DNA of 64,000 nt from the human T2T-CHM13v2.0 reference genome, Homo sapiens. The notes beneath the pieces are model-generated. The model saw only the letters and a list, made by a program, of their open reading frames with translations, made no database searches and was not told where the DNA came from. Each line of letters starts with the position of its first letter. The first letter of the stretch is position 1. The position numbers were made by a program, and so were the translations under genes. The stretch is taken from NCBI RefSeq assembly GCF_009914755.1, contig NC_060926.1; one strand, 5' to 3'. Shown here piece after piece: positions 53,980-64,000 of the stretch.

Positions 53980-54475
53980 TCTCACCTGAATCCTGGACAT
54001 TTGCCCCCTTGTAGGTCATGCTCTAAACATAATAGATCCCCAAATTCCCTGCCTATGTGGCCCCAAACCCACCGTAGGGCCTGTGTAGTTCCATCTTCTT
54101 AGGGATGGACTTTACCAATGGCCTCTGCTCCCCTGAACCCTGGTGTCAACTGACCATGGAGATGTGGAAAAATATATCCGCACATGTGAGGACCCTCACA
54201 GTGGAGGGATGGGAAAAACAGGAGGTGGGTGGGAGGCTGAGGTTTGGTTTTCCTCTTCTGTCAGTTCCAGCATCAAACTTCAAGGATCCCAAAGATTCTA
54301 AGTTGAAACTTAGACTTCCAGGTTGTTATTACAGCCTATTAATCAAGACAGAGGGCTAGACCTTATTTTAGTCAACAGTTTGCTAGCTTTATTTATAATG
54401 AAAATATTTCAACCTACATTTATGTGGACCTCCCTTTGTATTCTTTCTCCAGGCCCTTCAAATGTTAAGGGTAAT
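53980..54475. mobile_element. Possible hAT-Tip100 element (MER115/Zaphod-like)
   Basis: Terminus ggacctccctttgtattctttctccaggcccttcaaatgttaaggg. Confidence 0.4.
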
Positions 54476-54879
54476 CATTACTTTGTGACTTTATCCCAAG
54501 TAGATTCTTCCTGCTCTCTCTTGCCCATCTCCCTCACGTACAATGGGAATATAAAACAAGAGTCAGAGGGATAAAGCAGTGATGAATCAGGTAAATTCTT
54601 TTGTCCTAAGGTGTCCACTTTATGATCTACTGTGTAACTGCCACTTCTGCAGTTTTCACAGACAATGTAATGAAAAGCAACCTGATACTTTCCTCCTTGG
54701 CATCTTCAGAGGAGATGGGCAGCAATGTGTTTCTTAAGTCTGGAAATCTCTGGGTCTCTAGTTACTCTCAGTGTATCCTTTACCCTCTTCACAAACTCTT
54801 TAAAATTCTGAGGCTGTTCCATGGGTGCCTGTTTTTGATATGCTTCTCAGAGATATCACATGGTCTTAACAAATTCTAT

Positions 54880-55049
54880 GAATAAATTATCCAGGTGTGG
54901 TGGTACACACCTGTGGTCACAGCTACTTGAGAGGTTGAGGTGGGAGAATCACTTGAGCCCAGGAGGTTGAGACTGTAGTGAGCTGTGATTGAGCCACTGC
55001 ACCCCAGCCTGAGTGACAGAGCAAGATCCTGTCTCAACAACAACAAAAA
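54880..55049 (+). mobile_element. Alu right monomer (AluJ/FRAM-like)
   Basis: aaattatccaggtgtggtggtacacacctgtggtcacagctac...gtctcaacaacaac. Confidence 0.88.
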
Positions 55050-55254
55050 TTCTAACACTATTTTCCTTATTTCTCCTATATTTAAGTCCTGGTGAGCTTG
55101 TTACCTTTGATGTTATACCCGCCATCAACATTTGGTGAGAAGGGAGGGTTTCTCCCCAGAAATATTGACTTTCTTCTTTTCTACCTTTTTAACACTTATT
55201 CTTTCTTCAGTTTGCAGCTTAAGATTTATGTCTTCCCAATGAACACGTCTATAA

Positions 55255-55460
55255 GGTCGTAGGAAAGAAGTTAAGTGTGGAGTCATATAGAGATAGAACT
55301 GGATTTCAATTCAATACTTTGTGACTTACTATGTTATCTTGCACAGGTCACTCAAACTTTCTGAGACTTGGTCAATCAGTAAATGGGTATTAGGCAACTG
55401 TTTCCAAATTCTGTTGGGAGGATTAGATGATGTCATTGACGGAAAGCATCTGGTGTGTTT
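55255..55460 (+). mobile_element. MIR
   Basis: cttgcacaggtcactcaaactttctgagac...tgttgggaggattagatga. Confidence 0.7.
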
Positions 55461-57306
55461 TTAGATAGATCTCATCTCGTGTTGACTCCCAGATCAACAT
55501 AAGTACTTCTTCCTGTATGTGTCCATCACACCTATCACAAACCCCAGATAGCTGGAACAATAACATAAGGACACCAGGCCATAAACATAATCTAATGCAT
55601 TTGAGCGAGAGCTACCAGTTTTATTCAGCTGCATTTTAGGGGACAGTCAGAAAATGTTCTAGTGAGGTGGGCTAAAACCAAGTTGGGACAGGCATTTTAA
55701 ATTAAATGAAGAAATTTGACCTACTGTTATGTCTTAGAATTCCTCAAGTAGATATGTGAGTTTTCCATCTTCTTTAGATAAAATGTAATTAAACATCTTA
55801 AAGCACCTCAGCTTAATGTACACAGAATGGTGACATGTTGCCAAAGAAAGCTTTGGGACTTTGTTGCCTACAACTACGCGACAGCTTAGTAACCAAAGCA
55901 TGCTTGCTATTACATCAATGATAAGTTCTGAATAAATTAGCTACGTCCAACATGGCATAATGCTTTGGATCATGCAAGTGAGACTATCATATTCATAATT
56001 ATCATTTTCCCCCAAACTAGACAAACTGTTTTATAGGATTTTTCTTACTGCTTGTGTTTCAAAATGAAATTCTTACCAATTTGGGATACTAATGATTTAG
56101 CCATGTACCAAGTTGGAGTTTCTCCAGTGTGCATGTGCTCCTTATGAAAATGAAGAAGGCAAGCTGCCAATCAAAAGACTAGTTGCAGGTTGCAGGCAAA
56201 GACCAGATTGGTGATAATTGCTGGCATGGTGCCTAGCACAGTGTCCCATACACAAACATGCTCAGAAAATGCTACTGGGTCCAGTCAAGGCTTCCATATT
56301 CCAACTAAGAGCCCTCCCTTGAACACGTAACATTTGTTCAACCTAGAGTTGGAAGGAAGGCAGCGGTATGGACAATCTCCAATTAGCCAGAAGATTTTAA
56401 TCTACTTTGCAGAACTAATCGAATGGTTGTGCTTCCCCAGTGTTCACGTGAATTGCACCCTAGCTGGAAGTTAACAGACTGAACAATAGCAGCAGCAATT
56501 AAGTGGATATAAATGAATGTGATAGGCTAATTCTCACAAGGAGAACATCAATGTGTCAGTGTCAGTGCACTGCTGCCCGGAATAAAGAAGGAATTGACTG
56601 GGATGAAGAAGGTAGCAATGAACAAGATGTAGCAATCTTGTAAGGACATATATTCCTCAACTAGATTAGTTTGGAAATTCTTTGGATATAAGCAGAAGGA
56701 ATAAAAATAAGTAATGATAGCAGTTCTCTTCTACATATCCTCTTGTGGGAGGAAAAGAAAGAAAATACCACACTTTCACATAAATACATTCAAGGTATTA
56801 TACCTATGGTGTACCTTAACTATGAAATAGATTGTTGGATATGGAATAGGGTAAAACACAAATCTACTTACAATGAGGAGAAGGACATTTTCATGACCTG
56901 GGAAGCTGAGAATTCAAAAGAGGACAAACTTCCTTGGCCTTTTTCATATTTGAAAATGGGAACTGATTGACAGAATAGAAGGCTATAAAAGCTTATTGCT
57001 GCTGGGTTTCAGCAGAGTCTAGAAAGACAGAAGAAAATATGGCGCAATAGGAAAACTTGAGTTTTTGCTTAAGTTCTTTCCTTTGGCACTTCGATACTTT
57101 AGGGAAATCTCAGCATCTGTAGACTGGGGTGTGAGACTTGGAGAGAATGTGAAATTTGTAAAGATTATTTTACATGCTGCCCCAGAAAATTCCTTTTGTT
57201 TAAAGCATCTGAGAACATTGTCTGATTTCATTTTTAGCTCTTTTGAAAGAGAAGAATCTGATGAATGCAATGGGTTCGGCCTGACACCCTGCCTTCTGTT
57301 TTTCAG

Positions 57307-57375
57307 GGCATCCTAAAGTTCCTCTGGAATGCATTGGGTGGGAGAGAAAGTTCTATGTCAACTCTTCTGGCAGAG
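57307..57375 (+). other. Candidate exon (69 nt)
   Basis: Branch cctgac (57280-57285), ccctgccttctgtttttcag| acceptor, donor GAG|gtgagt; phase-0 frame open. Confidence 0.5.
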
Positions 57376-58075
57376 GTGAGTCTAAATCTACCTTTCCTCA
57401 TAAATCTGCAGAGGACATCCCTGAATGTGTTGACTCTCTGGTCCATGCTGAACATATCATAAATGGGCCTGATTACTATCATAACACATTGCCTGTCAAA
57501 AATCAAAGGATGGAATAAGAGAGTAAATCAGATGATGCATAAAGGAAGAAAGACAATCATAATGTCATAATACACTGTATGGTATATACAGTATTTTATT
57601 GAAGAATAGTTTCCCAATGGGCAACTGAGACATTAGAGTAAACCGGAAGTTAATCAAGATTAATAGATTGGTAGAATAAGAGAATGAAAAAAAACCCATC
57701 TATTATCTGGAAAAGAAAGGTGGGTACGTACAGAGTCTTTTTAGAGTATGTTCAGATGATTTAAAAAAGCATAGTCAGAAATAAAAGTATTGTGTGAATA
57801 TGAAGAATATTAATTATCATCATACCAACATGTTATATAAGCCATTACTGAAATTAAGCTATACATGAATAAATGGCATGCATAGTTTTGGTTCTTCACC
57901 TTTCTATAACTTTTTAAAATTGTTTGACAGAAACCTATAAGTTTTTGTATCTGCCAAGATCAAGCCTATGACTTTGGCTGCTTATATAAATAAATTTTAT
58001 CGGGAAAAGGTTGAACATGAACAATTGAATTATCAGAAGGAAATATAAATCTAAGTTCAGTTAAATTAGTTGTAT

Positions 58076-58783
58076 TGATGCAGGATTTTTCTTGATCACT
58101 TTGCCAGCTGGAGACTTTTGGCTGATGATGCCCCTGACCGGGCTTCGCTTAGCCCCAGGCCTGCCACAGGAGGTGTGCCACTCACTTGGCCCACCAGGCC
58201 GTGCCTGGCTTGCACACTGGCTCAGCCCACAGCTGGCTTGGGCATGCCCCAGTCCACCTGTGTTACAGCTCATACTCATGTTCGGCGTTTCCCGAGTTCT
58301 TGTCCTGTGTCCAAGAAGAATGAGGTTATGCTGACAATCAAAGGGTGAGGAGGGCAGAGACAAGTTTTATTGAGTGATAAAACAGCTCTCAGCAGAGAGA
58401 GGATGTGAGGGTGGTCCCCCACCTGAAGTCAAGTGGTGCCTCTTTCAATGTCACTGGGTCCTGGACTTTTATGGTGTCAGAATGAGGGAGTGCATGCTGA
58501 CTGGTTTGTGAATACACAAAAAATGCTGAAACAAAGGCACCACTCAAAGGTGGGCATGATAGTGTAAAACACCAATTAGGGAAGGGTAGGTATATGAAAA
58601 ATAGGTGAAGGGTGGGGATCAGTCAGAGAAAAGCATGCCAAATGGGAAGAGAGGTTCTCAATGTGGTCCATGGATTTACTTGGGACTTGTAGCTAGGCTT
58701 TAAACTGTCCTTGGCTTGAAGGTGGGATTTTACCAGGGACCTGCCCTATCTGCCTAGGATGTTCCTGCCTGCTGCTGCTATTA
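58076..58783 (-). mobile_element. ERV1 solo LTR (LTR27/LTR28-like, MER52/LTR1 group)
   Basis: Minus strand begins ...atagcagcagcaggcaggaacatcctaggcagatagggcagg...ccttcaagccaaggacagtttaaagcctag; minus-strand AATAAA at about 58366-58371; TSD gtat/gcat. Confidence 0.8.
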
Positions 58784-59879
58784 GCATTATTGACCCAGCT
58801 CCAGTCTTTTTGTAGACAAAGCCTCAAAGAAGCATAAAAAACAGTATTAAGGACATTTTACTTGACAGGTTTAGATAGAAACATTACAAATTAGCAATTC
58901 CTTTCCAATAAAGCAAGAAATGAAACAACCAGTAGGAGAAGTTGAGCTATTATGCCTCAATAATTTACATTGAATCAAGAATTTTTTGAGACACAAAATC
59001 TTTAAGGTTTTAATGTAACAACCTAGTGAACCATCTGACCTGTATGTTTATTTGAAGACTAAGGTAGTACTTGCATATGGGCTGGCAGGAGGAAAGGAAA
59101 GTGAATGTAAAGTAAAAAGTTCAAGCAGCAATACTAGAATTGTTCTTATGAGAAGAAAATGTGAAAACAATGAAGCATGGGTAATAGGGTCCTATAAAAT
59201 AAGTAGTATGCATTTAAAAGGCAAGAAAAAATCATGGCATAAATTTGACTCCACGGAGATAGATTACTGGTTTTATCTGAAAGAAGGCAGTGCTTTAGAC
59301 ATACCTGGTATTATGAAACAAATGTGGAGTTTGAGGAAATATTAATCAATTTTTCCATGATCTACAAATGCGTATTTTTACAGAAGGAACTTTTTCTTTC
59401 TGTGTACAAAAATTACATAAAAATGTATTTGTTTTATGCTAACAGTGAGTTAGGAAGTTAGAACTAGATAACCTTATACTTTTTTTTAAGTAAAAGAAAT
59501 AGCAGCTCAAATGATCAACTTATAGCCATGTTCTTGATAAAATTATGAAAATAACAAATGACATGATAGAGATTTTAAAATAAATTTTGTTTGCTGATCC
59601 CTAATCACAAGTAAAGAACATGGTCTTCTTTTGTCCTAATATGTTTTCCTTAGTTTCTGACTTTTGGCAACATCTCCAGGCAATCAGCAGGGAATGGAGG
59701 GAAATTAAAGATATGTATCCTAATGTTATTGGAGGAGAAAATGTTGTTCACTTACTTGAAGTCATACAGTCTAGTCACAGATAAAAATCTGGTTTCATAG
59801 CATCTAATTTGATTCTTACAAAAGGTGTGAGCATTCTTTGCTTTTGACAAAAACAACATGAAATAACTTGCATGGTAGA

Positions 59880-60060
59880 TCTAACTTGTATGAGTGGTAT
59901 ACATTGTTGCAGGAACTACTCTAGATATTCAATGCACACCAGTCTATTTTGTACTTATAATAAGTCAATAAGTTAAATATTTAGGATAAAGGGCTTGTTA
60001 AGGCTCTTCCTGCCAGTGAAGGGCAAGGGCCAAGATTTCAACTGGTGAACTGCCCACTAA
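59880..60060 (-). mobile_element. MIR (degenerate)
   Basis: gcaggaactactctagatatt...cagtgaagggcaagggccaagatttcaact. Confidence 0.5.
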
Positions 60061-60307
60061 AAGGATGTTATGAAGTCTCTAGTGGTAATATGCATAATTT
60101 TGGAACAGAATAAATTAAATGGAATAATGTTATTATCTGATAATTTTTGTCACTTTTCCATCAACCCATAAATGTCTTCTCCACAGAATTCTTGTCATTT
60201 GACAAGTATTTTTGGTATTAAAGAGAACAATTTTATCATGGCTAAAAATGGATCAGAACTTGAATACATCTTTTTTTTAAGGCCCAAATTCCAATTCCTA
60301 TCTTAAT

Positions 60308-60428
60308 ACAAAGAATATGAGGGAAAGGAAAGAAATGAAAGAACAACAGAAAGAATGACAGAGGGACAGAAAAGGGGAAAGGAGGGAGGGAGGAGGTGAA
60401 AGAGAGAGAGAGAGAGAGAAGAAAGGGC
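60308..60428. repeat. Purine-rich low-complexity tract with (GA)n
   Basis: Read directly. Confidence 0.85.
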
Positions 60429-60679
60429 CCAGGTAAAATCTGTGGTCATTATAAATGTTTTTGAAACTGTTTCTAGACATGGAAAGAAATGGGTACATTT
60501 TTCTGACAATGATATATCTATTAATATAGCTAATATATCTATATGCTATGTATATTCAAGGAAGATGAACAGGAATCAACAGCAATATTTGGCCATGAAT
60601 GCTGAACACTAGGATATGCAGTCTTTGATCTTTGTCAGAGATAAAGTAATTAAACAAATTATTAAAGATAAAATGATTA

Positions 60680-61028
60680 GGTCGAGCATGCTGGCTCATG
60701 GCTGTAATCCCAGCACTTTGGGAGGCCAGGCACAGTGGCTCACATCTGTAATGCTAGCACTTTGGGAGCCCTAGGCAGGTGGATCACTTGAGGTCAGGAG
60801 TTCGAGACCAGCCTGGCCAACATGGTGAAACCCCATATCTACTAAAAATACAAAAATGAGCCAGGCCTGGTGGCATATGCCTGTAGTCCCAGCTATTCAG
60901 GAGGCTGAGGCAGGAGAATCACTTGAACCTTGGAGGCAGAGGTTGTAGTGGGCCGAGATCAGGCCATTGCACTCCTGCCTGGGAGACAGAGAAAGACTTG
61001 GCATTACCCGCCCCCGTCCTGACCAATA
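60680..61028 (+). mobile_element. AluS (Sz/Sx-like) with a duplicated 5' head and an atypical 3' end
   Basis: Head 1 at 60680-60723, head 2 from 60724; TSD aaagataaaatgatta/aaagataaaataatta. Confidence 0.93.
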
Positions 61029-61885
61029 AAAGATAAAATAATTATAATGGATAGACTGGCCATGCCGAGATCCATCTATTTCACATGGGCCCATTTCATG
61101 TGCATACATGAAATGATTTTTCTAGGCACAAAATACGTTAGTAGGTCTTATTATGAATCGGAACTATTTCACCCCAAGTTCCATGCCTGTTTTTCTATTG
61201 GTTGTATGGCAGCATCCTGTCTTATTCAGACTCTAAAATGATAACAGAGTGATGTTATTTGGTACGAATTCGTGTGCATGGGCCAGGTGTGTTAGCCAGT
61301 GTGCAGGTAGTCAGTACGTATGTAGCAGCCATGCTCTATTCCCAGTTCATTAGCTTGGCAGGTGACACGTTGGCCTCTGCTAGGATGCAAAATGCTCTTT
61401 CTCAGATTCCAAAGATTCTGTGTCAACTGTTATGTACCAATCATTGACTTCTCTCTGTGTGATGTGGGGTTAATGAGGAATGACAGGTTGCTTTTTTTTT
61501 TTTGCCTCAGTATATGGAAGCTGCCAGGCACACTTAACCCAATTGCCATTATTTTGGAACTAACGTCTGACATATGGATCATATTTTAACCTATAAGTAG
61601 ATATACACATGTTCGATATGAAGCAAGTGTTTGCAAAATATCCCATGTACATAACAATGTCATACATGTTTATTCATGGTGGAATACACAGAATTGGATT
61701 TATAAAACATTAACTCTATGTTCATAAACTCTCTGCAGTTAACTAAACCAAAGATAGAAGCTTTCTAAAGGAGCGACAGAATACCTCTAAGGAACATGAG
61801 TGACTTTTTAGTAGTCTGATATAGAATGAAAAATGCAGACACAGTATTTAATAATGTGCTAGAGTAGAGACAGTGAATACAATCA

Positions 61886-61910
61886 CCCTCCCTCCCCGGC
61901 TCCCCCGCCC
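61886..61910 (-). other. Canonical G-quadruplex motif with a GC box
   Basis: Minus strand GGGCGGGGGAGCCGGGGAGGGAGGG. Confidence 0.7.
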
Positions 61911-62610
61911 TGCCATGATCTTTATTAGCTTTGTCCTGACAATCTGACCTACTGAGCTCTCTCCAGCCCTGACAGCCACATAAAACCTACAAACAAATAG
62001 GGAACCAGTGCAGCCTTTTCAGATTTAGGATCATGTTCAAGCTTATGAATCAGATTTTTCTATGTGTGGACATGACAACTATGGAAAAACTGTAATTTAG
62101 GACATATTCTCTTTATCCTTTTATGTAGAATTTCACTTTAATGTGATGCAAATGACAGTAAGAAATACATTCAATGAATGTTAAAGCCTTCCCATTAAAA
62201 ATTCTGTATGCATTTTACATTCTAATTCATGTACAGTCAAAAACCCTGATAAAATCACAGTGCTGATTTGACTGCTGCACTTATCGTATTAATGAGGATA
62301 CTTTATGCCTTTTGAAAATTGGGATATGGTCCATTATGTGATTGTAAATGATGTGATTGTATCACATAAATTTGTTATTCAATCCCACCCCTCCCTTCAG
62401 TCAGCTTTGTATATAAGAAGATTCACTGGTGAGCCAGAATTGAGGCTGGAAAACTGAACTGCAAATGAGACTTTTCTTCTTTTGTCTTTATTTCTGTTTA
62501 TAGAAAGGAATATAATAAACATGCATACGTGTGTATGTGGGCATATATATATATGTATATATGTATTTTTTCTTACCTTTTTTTTTTTTTTAATTTCCCT
62601 AAAACCACAG

Positions 62611-62673
62611 GGAAAAGCTGACCGAGGAAGTCAAAATGAAAGAAAGAAGCAGACAGGACTGAGGCTCCCTGAG
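62611..62673 (+). other. Candidate exon (63 nt, purine-rich)
   Basis: T-run...ttccctaaaaccacag| acceptor; donor GAG|gtacgt; GAA-rich; phase-0 frame open. Confidence 0.4.
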
Positions 62674-63130
62674 GTACGTAGCACTTTCTTCCACAGCCAC
62701 GGAAATACGCCTTTTACTTTTTCCTGATTTAGGATTGTCTAACACTTGGAAGCCTTCCCTTCTCCCTCCTACAATAAGTGAAAGGTCTGAGAACTGTTGT
62801 TGGCCAAGGTTTCCTGATTTTTGGTTGCATTTGCATTCCTAAAATACCTACTTTTCTCTTTATTTATTTTTCTGTCTTGCCTACCTAGAGACACAAACAC
62901 CCTCCCTGACATCAAGATTTCCAAACTCCCCACATAACAAATTACAGCACTGATCACAGAAGCATCTTCAGAACTCTCAGATTAAAGCAAAGGAGGGGAC
63001 CACTGGCTGTTGGCTGAGTAGTTCTTACGGCCTCGAAGGGTTACACATTTAATTGCCTCTTTAATGACGGTCCCAAGTCTTATGATTATTGGAGAGAAGC
63101 TCATGCACCAAAGGTGCTTTCTGGTCCTAA

Positions 63131-63550
<420 letters not shown>

Positions 63551-63875
63551 TCCTTTTTCTCTTTATTCCTTAAAAAAATGATCTTTTGTTGCCTGGAACC
63601 TGGAGTAAGTGATATTGCCCTTCACGGTAGAGCAAGCTGTGGTGTGAAGTTCATAGAGTTTGAAATACAAATGCCCAAGTTCTTGCCACTCATCTGGCAT
63701 CTCATATTTCTGACTCTCATTCTTGTTCACCTTGGTACCTGACCTTTAGGCCTTATGAAGCTCTGAGTTTTCTCAGAGCTCAGATGCTGTGGATGAAAAA
63801 CAAAAATTAAAGTTTGGTCTCCGATGTGTTCTAATATCAAAAATACAGTACCATGTTTCCCTTACTCTCTTCCAG

Positions 63876-63994
63876 GAGAGATGTCAGAGGGAATGATTTC
63901 CACATTATAGTAAATTTGATGGCACGTCATTTATAATTTTACAAATATTTACAATTATTGTAAATTTTATTTTTTAAATAGCACATGGGAAAAG
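63876..63994 (+). other. Candidate exon (119 nt)
   Basis: Branch ttctaat at about 63829-63835, tttcccttactctcttccag| acceptor, perfect donor AAG|gtaagt at the window end; stops in all frames. Confidence 0.45.
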
Positions 63995-64000
63995 GTAAGT

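Noticed and set aside
58061-58363. Overlapping 76-100 aa ORFs in a GC-richer patch; possible CpG island
   Set aside because: They lie inside an ERV1 LTR, which explains the GC content; CpG density is too low for an island

Overview
AT-rich primate genomic DNA, most likely human or great ape: it carries AluJ/S/Y, FLAM, L1PA, THE1 and MER41 elements alongside the older mammalian repeats MIR, L2, L3/CR1, MLT1, MER58 and Arthur1. I recognise no known protein-coding gene, tRNA, rRNA, snRNA, miRNA or CpG island, and I cannot name the locus. Most ORFs in the track are repeat-derived or chance. The window looks intronic, lncRNA or gene-desert. A roughly 9.5 kb transposon-poor block (about 12.95-22.5 kb) holds several CpG-retaining, motif-rich segments that look like conserved enhancers. 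The leads most worth checking: (i) candidate + strand exons at 57307-57375, 62611-62673 and 63876-63994, which would join in frame into a 34-aa micropeptide; (ii) a CpG-rich minus-strand exon or promoter at about 22.05-22.4 kb with a 29-bp tandem duplication and an 86-codon frame; (iii) a LisH-like motif in a short ORF directly behind a strong 3' splice site at 40.5 kb; (iv) several template-switch mutation scars, including a perfect hairpin in a THE1 LTR and a perfect RFX X-box in a MER41A; (v) a long L3/CR1 fossil and a probable L1 3' transduction. Repeat subfamily calls come from recalled consensus features, not from a search. All exon and enhancer calls are inferences from motifs and need transcript or conservation data.
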